A stretch of 64,000 bases of DNA from an uncultured Candidatus Binatia bacterium (GCA_965218425.1 OZ244621.1:512001-576000); one strand, 5' to 3'; shown: positions 21,347-31,576, counted from the first letter of the stretch. A program made the numbers and translations. Notes: generated from the letters alone by a model not told the origin.

Positions 21347-21874
21347 TCATACGAGAAACAGCGACAGCGCGGGCCAATAGGTGATCATTATAACCGTCAG
21401 AAGCAAAATGACGAAAAAGGGGAAAGTCGCACGGTAGAGCTGCGAGATTGGCTTTTCGAATCGGTAGCCGGCAATGAACAGGCTCATGCCCACAGGGGGA
21501 GTAAAATAACCGATCTGCATGTTGGCCAGGAAGATAATTCCAAGGTGGACGGGGTCGATGCCATAGTTGATGGCAACAGGGAGAATCAGCGGGATAACAA
21601 TCACCAACGCCGAAAAAATATCGAGCATGGTGCCGAGGATCAATAGAAATAGGTTCAGCAGAATAAGAAATGTAATGGGGATCGATACATGCTGACTAAC
21701 AAAGTTAAACAATTTGATGGGCACCTCGGCGTCAACCAGATAATTCGTGGAGGCCAACGACATTCCAAGGATGATCAGGATTCCACTCACCAGGATCATG
21801 GACTTCCGCATGATCGAAATCAGATCGAAGAACTTAACCTCTCGATGAATGATCACCTCGACGGTCAAAACATA
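21347..21874 (-). pseudogene. C-terminal half of a TRAP transporter large permease (DctM)
   Basis: GIDPVHLGIIF, IGYFTPPVG; 5' half absent. Confidence 0.8.
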
Positions 21875-21917
21875 GTTGAGTTTCAGTTTTTCCAACACAA
21901 TCGGCGTGTATAGTTCC

Positions 21918-22349
21918 TTATCCGCGAGTCGGCGTGTCGCAGAAGGCAAGGTTTCCTTTGCACATCGATACACCCACTACATTCACCGTGCGTGCCGCAG
22001 TGGCGGTATTTCCACTGGAATCCGTCACTTTGAATACCACAGTATAACTCCCATCCACTCTCGTGTTGACGTTGGAAGTTACTACGACACTTTCTGTCAG
22101 ATCCCCTCCGAGGTTGTCTCTGGCTGTCGCCCCCTTGTCCGTATGGTTCGTACCGATCTTTACCGTAATCGGGTTTGATCCCAGGACCTTGATTACGGGT
22201 AACTTCAACTCTCCCCCCACAGCGGTTGTGCCCCCTCCGCCTGTGCCAAATCCGATAGTATCCGCAATCTCGGGCGTCACTGCTTCGATCACATCCACGG
22301 TTGAGGTGGCTACCTCGGACTGGTTTTTCTTCCTCCATTGAGGTCGCAC
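21918..22349 (-). pseudogene. Fragment carrying one Ig-like DUF5011-type domain
   Basis: PVIKVLGSNPITV..D.GATARD..GDLT..V...NVNT...GSYTVVFKVTDSSGN...RTVNV. Confidence 0.65.
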
Positions 22350-22645
22350 CGAAAACAGGCCCCCCCCCGGGGGATCATCCCGTTGGCATCGGTTAACACC
22401 CAGACGTCATTAAGGTCAACGCAGGAATCAACACACTCCGTCTGCTCGGCAAACACAATCATACGGTTGCTGGCCAGATTATTATTATAAACCGAGGTGT
22501 GGCTACCACGTCTACTTGGAGGCCCGTCAGTGGTGGAGATTTCCGACCACGCCGGAATAATCGTTCGTCCATTTGAATCGAGCCCATTGGTAGGAGGATC
22601 GTAGATGGCTGCGTGTAGGTCCCGCGCACCTGGTTCGGGTACCAT
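22310..22645 (-). pseudogene. Kelch-repeat protein fragment
   Basis: ARDLHAAIYD, PSRRGSHTSVY..NRMIVF, LNDVWVL. Confidence 0.55.
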
Positions 22646-22750
22646 TTCAAACCTCGAGGAGGAGGTTAACCAGGCACCTCAAAGTTGCTGATTTAGTAGA
22701 GTCTCAATCCGCTGTCAATAGACGCTACCAATTGGCGATGAATCGTTGTC

Positions 22751-22780
22751 TTGACACCAGTGTTCATCATAGAGTATTTT
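22751..22780 (+). promoter_or_regulatory. Candidate sigma70 promoter of the thiolase operon
   Basis: TTGACA-N18-TATTTT about 140 nt upstream of ATG 22920. Confidence 0.4.
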
Positions 22781-22919
22781 CCATTCGAACCACCGATAAT
22801 TGTCGTCCCATTTCCTCTTCAAGATAGCCTTAGGGACAATAGGCGTGTAACGACAAACCAGTCAATGACTGTCGCTTCACAGCAACTGCACTCTCCGCCC
22901 TGAGTGAAGGGAGCCACGG

Positions 22920-24101
22920 ATGCCTGAGCAACCCATAAAAGATAAGACCGCTATCGTAGGGATCGGCTGGACAGCCTTCTCGAGGCGGTCCGGATCAACT
23001 GCCATGAACCTGATTCTGGAGGCGAGCCTCAAGGCGGCTCAGGACGCAGGCCTTTCAGTCCAAGCCCTCGATGGGATTGTGTGTCATTTCCACAAGCATA
23101 TGGACACCGTGGCGCCACGCGAAATGGTGCACGCTCTTGGGATGAAAAAATGCAACTTCGAGGTCTTCAATTCTACAGGCGGCACGTGGAACTGCGCAGC
23201 GACGCTGACAGCAGCCTCCCTTGTCCATAGCGGGATCTGCACCTCCGTGTTGGTTTACCGTGGCATGAACCGTTACAGCGAAGGGCGGGCACAACGGGCC
23301 AGGCGCGCTGAGGAGGTTACAGGGCCCGACCAGTTCACCACCCCTTTCGGATCCCATCACGCAGCGGCTACCTTTGGCCACCGGGCCACAGCTCACATGG
23401 CCCGCTACGGGACCACCACCTTGGATTTTGCTCACCTTGCGGTGACGGAGCGTCAGCATGCCATGCTCAATAAGAAGGCCATGATGCGAAAACCCATGAC
23501 CATCGACGATCATCAAAACTCGCGCTGGATCGTTTACCCATTCCGCCTCTTCGACTGCTGCCAGGAAACCGACGGTGCTGTGGCGTACATCGTCACCTCC
23601 GCCGAGCGGGCACGTGATCTCAAGCATCCGCCGGTTTATATCATGTCCGGAGTTGGCGGTTCGGGACCCACCGAAGGGTTGTGGGAAACCAACGGGGTCA
23701 ATGCCGCGCCGCTTCTCTACGGGGGAGCCGGCGTCACTCCGAAAGACGTGAGTCTGGCCGAGATCTACGATCCCTTCACCTTCATGTGCATGAGCCACAT
23801 CGAAGACTATGGTTTGGTTAAAAAAGGTGAGGTTGGCGCGTGGGTACGAGAAGGTCATAACAAACTCGACGGCACCTGCCCGGTGAACACCCATGGCGGG
23901 TTGCTGTCGGAGGGACATATCCACGGGCAGAATCACGTCATCGAGGCCGTGCAGCAGCTCAGGCCGCAAGGTGTAGTAGACGACCTGTGCGAAGGAACCC
24001 ATAGTTATGACCGGAGCCAATGCCGCCAGGTGCGAAATCCACAGATCGCACTGGTGTGCGGCGAGGGCGGCGGCAGCGCCATGCTGCTACGGAGGACGTA
24101 A
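22920..24101 (+). CDS. SCPx/Ltp2-type thiolase-superfamily protein
   Basis: AIVGIG, DCCQETDGA, EIYDPF, NTHGGLLSEGH. Confidence 0.9.
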   Translation: MPEQPIKDKTAIVGIGWTAFSRRSGSTAMNLILEASLKAAQDAGLSVQALDGIVCHFHKHMDTVAPREMVHALGMKKCNFEVFNSTGGTWNCAATLTAASLVHSGICTSVLVYRGMNRYSEGRAQRARRAEEVTGPDQFTTPFGSHHAAATFGHRATAHMARYGTTTLDFAHLAVTERQHAMLNKKAMMRKPMTIDDHQNSRWIVYPFRLFDCCQETDGAVAYIVTSAERARDLKHPPVYIMSGVGGSGPTEGLWETNGVNAAPLLYGGAGVTPKDVSLAEIYDPFTFMCMSHIEDYGLVKKGEVGAWVREGHNKLDGTCPVNTHGGLLSEGHIHGQNHVIEAVQQLRPQGVVDDLCEGTHSYDRSQCRQVRNPQIALVCGEGGGSAMLLRRT

Positions 24102-24104
24102 CAC

Positions 24105-24530
24105 ATGACGGAATATGCCAAGCCACTACCGGCACCCGATTCGGATTCCAAGCCTTTTTGGGATGCGTGTAAGGGACACGAGCTTCGGGCGCAACGGTGC
24201 ACGGCGTGCCGGCGCTTTCGTTGGCCGCCCCAGGGTGTGTGCCCTTCTTGCTATTCCTGGGATTACGAGTGGGCAAAGCTGGCGGAGACCGGTATCGTGA
24301 ATTCCTTCGTGGCGGTGCACTACGTTTCTGTGCCCACATTCGCTGACGACGTTCCTTACGTCATCGCCCAGATTACCATGGACGGCACCGATGACCAAGT
24401 CACCCTGACCAGCAACGTCATTAATTGCCCATGGGAAATAGTAAAGGTTGGAATGGCGGTGAGTGTGGTGTACGACGACGTTACACCGGAGTATACTCTA
24501 CCGAAATTTCGCCCCATCGCATCATCGTGA
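24105..24530 (+). CDS. DUF35 Zn-ribbon/OB-fold protein (ChsH2-like)
   Basis: PFWDA, QRCTAC..PP..CPSC, VKVGMAV, LPKFRP; follows the thiolase. Confidence 0.92.
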   Translation: MTEYAKPLPAPDSDSKPFWDACKGHELRAQRCTACRRFRWPPQGVCPSCYSWDYEWAKLAETGIVNSFVAVHYVSVPTFADDVPYVIAQITMDGTDDQVTLTSNVINCPWEIVKVGMAVSVVYDDVTPEYTLPKFRPIASS

Positions 24531-24576
24531 CCCACACCCGATTAACAAATTCTCAAGGTCATGGAGGTAAACCCTG

Positions 24577-25737
24577 ATGGCTGGACCCTTGTTTGGAGTA
24601 CGAGTGTTGGATCTCACCCACGTCCTCAACGGACCCTTCTGCACCATGCTGCTGGCTCACATGGGAGCGGAGGTCCTAAAGGTAGAACACGGCTCGGGAG
24701 ACCGTTTTCGCCACGCCTGGATGCCCCCCGATGCCAAGCATGACGGCTATGAGTTTCTCATGGTGAACAGCAACAAGAAAGGAATCACCCTCAACCTCAA
24801 GCATGACAAAGGCGGTAAACTCTTTCGCGAGCTAGTCAAGAAATCCGACGTGTTAGTGGAAAACTTCACGGTGGGTGTGATGGATCGTTTGGGCTTCGGC
24901 TACCATGCCTTGCGCGAACTCAACCCCAGGATCATCTATGCGTGCAGCCGGGGTTATGGGGAGAGCGGGCCCTACAAACATGTGCGCGCCAACGCCGCTA
25001 CGATCATGGCCATGTCCGGATGGCAGTTCGCGGCGCAAGAGTTGGCTGGAAAACCCGGGTTCAAAGCCTTGGGCATCGGCGACGAGGCAGCCGGATTTTC
25101 CATGGCTCTTGCCGTTTGCGCGGCTCTGTATGCTCGGGAGCAGACAGGGAAAGGACAAAAGATCGAAATCTCCATGCAAGAAGCCCTCATGGGCTTCATG
25201 GTGAGCACTTTCCACACCCTCTTCGAGGGTCGCAAGGTCGGCCAGCCACCAAAGGAATGCGCCGACGGGCATTACGCCTTTCACCTGCCCGATGTTTCTG
25301 ACGAGTTGTGGGGAAAGCTGTGCACGGCCATGGGAACACCCGAGGTGGCCAAGGACCCGCGATTCGCAACAAACAAGGCCCGACGGCGGAATTATGAGGA
25401 CGTGGAAGCCCTGGTCTCCAAGTGGGTCCGTGGTAAAACTCGGCAAGAGCTGTGGGACATGTTGAGCTCCTTCGGACTCTCCAGCGGTATGGTCCTGGGT
25501 CTGGCAGAAGTCCTGGATAATCCACATATTCAGGAGCGCAGGGCCTTTGTCGATATCGAGCACCCAGAGGCCGGTGCCGTCAAACTGCTCGCGCCTTGGA
25601 TGCGCTTTTCCGAAACGCCAGGGGCAATCACCAGTGCGGCCCCTTTGATCGGACAGCACAATCATGAGGTGTACAATTCCATGCTTGGCTTGAGCGAGGC
25701 CGAGGTGAACCAGCTTGCGGAGGAAGGCGCCATCTAG
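24577..25737 (+). CDS. Family III CoA-transferase (CaiB/BaiF)
   Basis: GVRVLDLT, GAEVLKVE, N.NKK, DVLVENF, GD, APLIGQH. Confidence 0.92.
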   Translation: MAGPLFGVRVLDLTHVLNGPFCTMLLAHMGAEVLKVEHGSGDRFRHAWMPPDAKHDGYEFLMVNSNKKGITLNLKHDKGGKLFRELVKKSDVLVENFTVGVMDRLGFGYHALRELNPRIIYACSRGYGESGPYKHVRANAATIMAMSGWQFAAQELAGKPGFKALGIGDEAAGFSMALAVCAALYAREQTGKGQKIEISMQEALMGFMVSTFHTLFEGRKVGQPPKECADGHYAFHLPDVSDELWGKLCTAMGTPEVAKDPRFATNKARRRNYEDVEALVSKWVRGKTRQELWDMLSSFGLSSGMVLGLAEVLDNPHIQERRAFVDIEHPEAGAVKLLAPWMRFSETPGAITSAAPLIGQHNHEVYNSMLGLSEAEVNQLAEEGAI

Positions 25738-25834
25738 CCATTCAGGATGCGGAGCGTGCAATTGCGGTGGGTATCGACCGTACGAATGTAGACGAATCGG
25801 CCTGCGCTAAAATCAGCCCAAACGGAGGGTCATT

Positions 25835-26998
25835 ATGAATCAAGCCCTGGAGGACGTTCGCGTCGTCGATTTAACCCATGCCCTCAACGGGCCGTTTTGC
25901 ACCATGGTGCTCGGCCACTTGGGAGCGGAGATCATCAAGGTGGAGCCCCCCAAGGGAGACAACTTCCGTCGCTCCTGGATGCCACCGGGGTCCCCCGTGG
26001 ACGGCTACGAGTTCATGATGGTCAACACCAACAAAAAAAGTGTGGCCGTGGACCTCAAGACCAAAGAGGGGCGTGAGATCGTCCGTAAGCTTATTGCCGT
26101 CTCGGACGTGCTGGTGGAGAACTACCAGAAAGGGACCATAGAGAAATTTGGCCTGGACTACGAGTCGGTGAGGAAGATTAATCCGAGGCTGATTTATGCC
26201 TGTTCGCGCGGCTATGGTGAGACGGGGCCATACTCGCCCTATGGGTCCAACGCCGGGGTCAATAACGGCATGAGTGCCTGGACCCACGCGTCATGGCAGT
26301 ACAACGGCGCCCCTGGGACCAAACCCATTGGAATAGGTGACGAGGCGGGGGGCATCAGCATGGCAGTGGGAATTTTAGCGGCTCTCCACGCCCGCGAGCG
26401 AACCGATAAGGGACAGAAAATCGAAATCTCCATGCAGGAGGCTGTGTTGGGATTCATGGCCAGTACATACCACGAATATTTTACGGGCAACAAGATAGGC
26501 TCCCTACCGACCCAAGTGGGCGACGGTTATTTCACCCTGCGACTGCCCGAGATCACCGATGCGAACTGGAGGAAACTCGCGGCGGCAATGGAGCGCGAAG
26601 ACCTGCAAGACGATCCGCGGTTTGCCACCGCGCAAGGGCGACGAGCGCATCGTAAAGAGCTAAGCGAAGTCCTCTTTACCTGGGCGCGGCCGAGGACTCG
26701 GCAGGAATTATGGCTTAAGCTTCGCGATCTCGGCTACTTTGGAGCGCCGGTGCTTTCCTTGGAGGAAGTACTTGAGGACCCTCATATCAAAGCGCGTGAG
26801 GCTTTCGTCCAGCGAGAACATCCAGTGGCCGGGCCAATCACCTTGTTGGCGCCATGGATTCGCATGTCCGAGACCCCATCCGGCATTCGCCAGATGTCGC
26901 CAAGAGTAGGCCAACACACAGACGAGGTGCTGCGGGGCCTGCTCAACTGTACGGACGTGGAGGTCGAACACCTACGTGAGGAAGGGGTCGTACGTTAG
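25835..26998 (+). CDS. Family III CoA-transferase (CaiB/BaiF), tandem paralog
   Basis: Same motifs and clear similarity to the upstream copy. Confidence 0.92.
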   Translation: MNQALEDVRVVDLTHALNGPFCTMVLGHLGAEIIKVEPPKGDNFRRSWMPPGSPVDGYEFMMVNTNKKSVAVDLKTKEGREIVRKLIAVSDVLVENYQKGTIEKFGLDYESVRKINPRLIYACSRGYGETGPYSPYGSNAGVNNGMSAWTHASWQYNGAPGTKPIGIGDEAGGISMAVGILAALHARERTDKGQKIEISMQEAVLGFMASTYHEYFTGNKIGSLPTQVGDGYFTLRLPEITDANWRKLAAAMEREDLQDDPRFATAQGRRAHRKELSEVLFTWARPRTRQELWLKLRDLGYFGAPVLSLEEVLEDPHIKAREAFVQREHPVAGPITLLAPWIRMSETPSGIRQMSPRVGQHTDEVLRGLLNCTDVEVEHLREEGVVR

Positions 26999-27086
26999 CA
27001 AGGTCTGCATCCCTCCACCCTTTGGAGCCCGGGCATAAATGGGTTTCCATCCGCTTCCGGAACAATCGTTCAGGACCCTATCAGGT

Positions 27087-28160
27087 TTAGGGCCATGGTA
27101 TAGGTCCGGCTCCGGCAATCTGCTTAAAGACAGTGATAACCTCAGGGTCTTTGGACAGTGATCTGACCGCCGTTGTTTGCTCATCCGCCAACACAGGAGC
27201 CGGAGGCTCTCCCGTCAATTTTTCCCATTCCTTCGTCAACCGAGGATCTTTAAGGGTCTTGTCGAAGGCCTCCTTCAGAATTTTAACGCGATCCGCGGGA
27301 ACCCCGGGAGGAAGCAGATAGGGTGAACCCACCAAGCGAATGTTGCGGCGAAGCTCCAGCGCTTTCCGCTGCGCTTTCGTTTTCGAGAACTGATCCAAGG
27401 CAGGAACGCCCTTAAAGGCCGGATGAGAAATCCGGTGCCCCTTGGGAACCTCCATCACTGCGTGAAGATCGATGAGCTTGTCGCTGATCCATTCGGGGTT
27501 TCTTCGGAGCATGGTTGCGTTGTTATTAGACCGCGCGTCCAGTTCCCCGCGTATGAATGCCACGTCCATTTCAGGCCCCGAGTAGCCCACGACGAAACGA
27601 GCGTTTCTTAGGTCCAAGATCCAAACAAAGAGCCGTGCCTGGGTATAGACATCGTGGCCGATATTCTGGCCGCCGACCCTGACCCTGGGAGCCGCCCGAA
27701 GCTTGTCCAAGGTGTCGAGACCCAGGTCTTTTCGGGTAAAGAACGCATAGCTACCCTTGCTGTTGCCCGAGCCGAGGTAGGCCACCTTCCGAACATCGTA
27801 GTTTGCACCGGGCTGACCCAATACGGCATTCATTAAAAAACCACCGCCAATGTTAGCGATGGTAAGACCGTCGGGGCGTGCCGCTCTGTAGAGGTGGTTT
27901 GCGGCCAGTCTCCCACCGCCTCCGGGCATGTACTGTGAGAGGATGCCGGGGTGTCCCGGAATGTGGTCCGAAAGGAACTTCATTATGCTCCTCACCCGCA
28001 TATCCCCCGCCCCGCCGGGCCGGCGTGCCTGAATCAGCTTGATGGTTTTACCCTTAAAAAAAGGTTCGGAATCCGCACGGGCAGGTGAACCAACGGGGAA
28101 AGTCAACAGGGTTACAATTGCGATGGGACCTAGCCCCCGCAGAGTTCGCCTTTCGTTCAT
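27087..28160 (-). CDS. TctC/Bug-like periplasmic binding protein
   Basis: Signal peptide, FFKGKTI, PGGAGD, MPGGGG, PDGLTI, GY.G, RGELD. Confidence 0.8.
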   Translation of the reverse strand: MNERRTLRGLGPIAIVTLLTFPVGSPARADSEPFFKGKTIKLIQARRPGGAGDMRVRSIMKFLSDHIPGHPGILSQYMPGGGGRLAANHLYRAARPDGLTIANIGGGFLMNAVLGQPGANYDVRKVAYLGSGNSKGSYAFFTRKDLGLDTLDKLRAAPRVRVGGQNIGHDVYTQARLFVWILDLRNARFVVGYSGPEMDVAFIRGELDARSNNNATMLRRNPEWISDKLIDLHAVMEVPKGHRISHPAFKGVPALDQFSKTKAQRKALELRRNIRLVGSPYLLPPGVPADRVKILKEAFDKTLKDPRLTKEWEKLTGEPPAPVLADEQTTAVRSLSKDPEVITVFKQIAGAGPIPWP

Positions 28161-28323
28161 CTTGGTGCTCCTCCTCTTGCCTTGCTATGGTTGATCAGGA
28201 TTGTGTCAGGCAATATTCTCTGATAGTCGATTTGAGAGCTTACTGAAACACGACGCCCCACTCATTGTCAAGGAAGGATGAACCGGGTCCTTTTCCTTAG
28301 GTTGGGGGAGCGGGAGGATGCAT

Positions 28324-28540
28324 ATGACTATAGGAGACACACCAATCATCGACTTCGACAACCACCTGGTGGACGACCTTTCCTCCTAGGGGCAATGGGT
28401 GGAAGAGGAGTGGAGGTCTGTTCTACCAAAACAAATGCCCGGCTCAGCGGATGAACGACCGCGGACCTTGGTGGGGGAGCAGGTAATGTTAGGCAGCGAA
28501 CCTGCTTCGCCTGAGGGTCGATTAAGCACCAAAACGGATT
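28324..28540 (+). pseudogene. N-terminal remnant of an amidohydrolase_2-like protein
   Basis: RBS then MTIGDTPIIDFDNHLVDDLSS*GQWVEEEWR (DxDxH motif), in-frame TAG 28387; similarity ends near the tRNA. Confidence 0.5.
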
Positions 28541-28566
28541 TGGATTTTATTCTGACTTGTTCGTTC

Positions 28567-28656
28567 TGGTGCCGGGAGCCGGACTCGAACCGGCACGGGC
28601 CTTGCGGCCCTCGGGATTTTAAGTCCCGTGTGTCTACCAAATTCCACCATCCCGGC
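28567..28656 (-). tRNA. tRNA-Leu(TAA)
   Basis: GCCGGGA acceptor stem, anticodon loop CT-TAA-AA, long variable arm, GTTCGAG T-loop, encoded CCA. Confidence 0.95.
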
Positions 28657-29018
28657 GTAAAAGGATTCAATAACTTACTGCCCCGAACTCGTCAACCTGT
28701 TCAGATTAATCATGTCCCAATCATTTTCTGAAGGGGGGCAGGATACCACCGCTCCTCTCGATCAGATCCAACCCTTCCTTCGTTGCTGTAAAAGGATTAA
28801 AGTTGACCGCACGGCCCCGACACTTCAACACGGTTTTGGTTTTGCGGAGCGTTACAAAGTTATAACTTCTTGATCACTCCAATTTTATCGCCAGTGGCTC
28901 ATGGTTGATCCCAAGGAAAGCCCCTCTGAAGCTTCCTTTCATTTAAGAAAAAAGCTTGCAAGCAACCAGAAATTAGGCTATTTATCTATCTTAAAACTTA
29001 CTCTAGGAGGTTTTCCGC

Positions 29019-29387
29019 ATGATGGAGTGGAAGAAAAAGGTCTTAACTTTGGCATTGGGCCCTGCCTTAGTGGCATTGACTGCCCATGGTTGTGCCCTTC
29101 TTAACCATACACACCCAGACCTTCAGGTGGATACAAAGGCGGTTGAAGAGGCCACACGGGCTGCCCGGCAGGCAGCATCTAATGCGGATTCAGCAGCGTC
29201 AAGAGCCAATGCGGCGGCAAGAAAGGCTGAATCAGCGGCGTCCTCTGCCAACTCGGCCGCATCCCGTGCCGAGCGAGCGGCCACCAAGTCCGAGCGAGCG
29301 GCCACCAAGTCCGAGCGAGCAGCCACCAAGTCCGAACGGGCAGCTGATAGGGCCGAAGCGATATTCAAGAAGACGCTCAGGAAGTAG
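29019..29387 (+). CDS. Alanine-zipper lipoprotein (Lpp/OprI-like)
   Basis: Lipobox-like TAHGC, Ala-rich heptads, C-terminal LRK. Confidence 0.8.
   Translation: MMEWKKKVLTLALGPALVALTAHGCALLNHTHPDLQVDTKAVEEATRAARQAASNADSAASRANAAARKAESAASSANSAASRAERAATKSERAATKSERAATKSERAADRAEAIFKKTLRK
29271..29333 (+). repeat. 21-bp tandem repeat x3 encoding ERAATKS
   Basis: gagcgagcggccaccaagtcc twice exact, third copy with one mismatch. Confidence 0.95.
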
Positions 29388-29494
29388 ATCCACAATTTTT
29401 GTTTACAAGCTATGGATAAGTCAAAATAGACCGGAGCCAGAGGGCGAGAAACAGCGGGGGGGAACAAACTGCCTAAGTTGTGATCCCCTCAAAG

Positions 29495-31174
29495 CTATGA
29501 AGACCAACCACTTGGATGTTTTTGGTTAGTTAATCTCCTAGTAATAGCAGAGGCGGCTCGGACGATGACATGCCGCTCTGGACTTCGCGATATATAACTT
29601 AGCGCAACGTACAAAATAACCCCTCCTACCAACGTAAATAAGAACAGTGCGCTCGGGGTAATCGGCGATCCTTCCAATCCCACCCAGTCAATTCTACGAA
29701 CAATCAAAGAAAGCGGAAGGGCCATGAGCAGAGCGTTAAAGAGGCTCCGGAGGAATGAAATTGAAAACTCCTTCCAGGGGAATCCACCTATCCGACCTTG
29801 CAAGATGAGAAGCAAGACCAAGAACTGACAGGTTGATGATATAGAATTGGCCAGGGCCAGGCCCCCATGGGAAAGAGAAAATATCCCCAAAGTTTGCGAT
29901 ATCCCTGCGATGGCACCGCCAAACCCACCGGCATCCCAACCTGCGGAAACCGGACCCATCAAGATCAGGCTCAACAAGAAATTCAGCGCGAAGGTAAACA
30001 ATGCAACCGTGACCGGCGTCTTGGTATCTTCCAGGGCGTAAAAAGCGGGCACCACGATTTTCGTGCCGGAAATTCCCCATAACCCAAGGGAAAACAATAC
30101 CAGGGCCTGGGCTGCTAACATTGTTGTATGGGCGTCAAACGCCCCACGTTGAAATAACAGCGCAAAGACCGGAACCGACAAGACCATGAGACCTAAAGTC
30201 GCCGGAAGAGTAATAAAATTTACCAGTCGAAGAGAATAGGAAAGTCCATCCTTCAGCGCCGTGAAATCTTTCCTGGCCGCCAAAGAGGAAAAACTGGGCA
30301 AGGCCGCAGTTCCCATGGCGATGGCGAAAATTCCGAGTGGGAACTGGAGCAATCGATCCGCATAGTAGAGGCTAGAAACGCTTCCTTCGGCAAGCATGGA
30401 AGCCAGGACCGTACTCACCAGGACGTTGACCTGGTAGACCGCCGCCCCAAGCACGGCCGGTCCCATGAGGAGAACAAGGCGTCTTAGAGCCGTATGTTTA
30501 AAGCGAAAACACGGCACAAAGGACAGGCCGTAACGGGAAAGAAAAGGAATCTGTAAGGACAGCTGGATTATGCCACCCAGCAACACGCCGTAGCCCAGAC
30601 TGACCACCGGTTCAGATAGCATGGGTGTGACCATGAGGGCGCAGACGATGATGGAGACGTTAAGCAGAACCGGGGACAACGCAGGGGCCATAAAATGACG
30701 AAACGAGTTTAAAAACCCCATGGCCAGGGCCACCAGGCTGACGAAAAAAACGTAAGGGAACATCAATCGAGTCAAGAAAACCGCAAGGTCGAACTTTTCC
30801 GCATTGGCAAAAAACCCAGGGGCGAAGAGATAGGTCAAGGGAGATGCGAATAAGATCCCAAGAACTGTGAGCACCCCCAGGACCAGGGCGGCGAAGGTGA
30901 AGACCAACCGGGCAACCTCCAGGGCCTCCTCTTTGGTGCGGTTGGTCAAATAGTCCGTAAATACAGGGACAAAACCCACGGAAAACGCGCCCTCGGCGGT
31001 CAAACGGCGCAGGAGATTGGGAATCCGAAAGGCAACAAAAAAGGCATCGGCAGGCCCCCGGGCGCCAAACAGGTAACCAATGACGATGTCACGCAAAAGC
31101 CCGAAAACTCGGCTAAGGAGTGTAAAAAAGCCAACCACTCCTGCCGCCCGGGTAATTTTGCCCACCTCATCCAT
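29495..31174 (-). CDS. murJ: Lipid II flippase
   Basis: SRVFGLLRD, AFRIPNLLRRL.AEGA, LYYADRLLQFPLG. Confidence 0.95.
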   Translation of the reverse strand: MDEVGKITRAAGVVGFFTLLSRVFGLLRDIVIGYLFGARGPADAFFVAFRIPNLLRRLTAEGAFSVGFVPVFTDYLTNRTKEEALEVARLVFTFAALVLGVLTVLGILFASPLTYLFAPGFFANAEKFDLAVFLTRLMFPYVFFVSLVALAMGFLNSFRHFMAPALSPVLLNVSIIVCALMVTPMLSEPVVSLGYGVLLGGIIQLSLQIPFLSRYGLSFVPCFRFKHTALRRLVLLMGPAVLGAAVYQVNVLVSTVLASMLAEGSVSSLYYADRLLQFPLGIFAIAMGTAALPSFSSLAARKDFTALKDGLSYSLRLVNFITLPATLGLMVLSVPVFALLFQRGAFDAHTTMLAAQALVLFSLGLWGISGTKIVVPAFYALEDTKTPVTVALFTFALNFLLSLILMGPVSAGWDAGGFGGAIAGISQTLGIFSLSHGGLALANSISSTCQFLVLLLILQGRIGGFPWKEFSISFLRSLFNALLMALPLSLIVRRIDWVGLEGSPITPSALFLFTLVGGVILYVALSYISRSPERHVIVRAASAITRRLTNQKHPSGWSS

Positions 31175-31227
31175 TGCGTTGACTCCTCAACCAGTTAGTG
31201 CTAGGTTTGTGGCTTAGGAGGGATACC

Positions 31228-31500
31228 TTGGCCGTACACAAATCCGTTATCAAACGCCACCGCCAGAGCTTAAAGCGAAGGGCAAGAAATCAGGAAATCA
31301 AATCCAGGGTAAAGACCCTGATCAAGAAGGTCCGACTATCCATCGATAAAAAGGATCACGCCACTGCCGCGACCCAATTAAGGGATGTCAACAAGATCCT
31401 CGATAGCGCCGTGAACAAAGGAGTTCTCAAGCACAACACCGCATCCCGCAGGATGTCTCGATTGGCCCGCGCCGTTCATGTGGTGTCCAAGGCCAACTAA
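31228..31500 (+). CDS. rpsT: 30S ribosomal protein S20
   Basis: HKSVIKR.RQ, KSRVKT.IK, KGVLKHNTASRRMSRL; TTG start after AGGAGG. Confidence 0.95.
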   Translation: MAVHKSVIKRHRQSLKRRARNQEIKSRVKTLIKKVRLSIDKKDHATAATQLRDVNKILDSAVNKGVLKHNTASRRMSRLARAVHVVSKAN

Positions 31501-31576
31501 CGATCCGCCGAGTGAGCCTCGTCCCAACCCATACCCAATCGTAGGCCCAACCATAGTGCTTATCCATGGGCCCTAA

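Noticed and set aside
23055..25761. Long antisense ORFs (321 and 302 aa)
   Set aside because: Shadows of the GC-rich thiolase and CoA-transferase genes, with no motifs of their own
8538..28389. Amber (TAG) recoding, suggested by in-frame TAGs at 8538, 8787, 19163, 20583 and 28387, several at likely Trp positions
   Set aside because: TAG ends core genes at normal positions (ribH, ribBA, nrdR, rpiB, yceD), and the affected genes also carry frameshifts or truncations; simple nonsense mutation explains them
28161..28566. Active integrative element at tRNA-Leu
   Set aside because: No integrase, att duplication or phage/plasmid genes seen in the window
29123..29529. Repetitive alternative-frame ORFs and a possible CRISPR-like repeat
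   Set aside because: They arise from the 21-bp coding tandem repeat; there are no spacers and no cas genes
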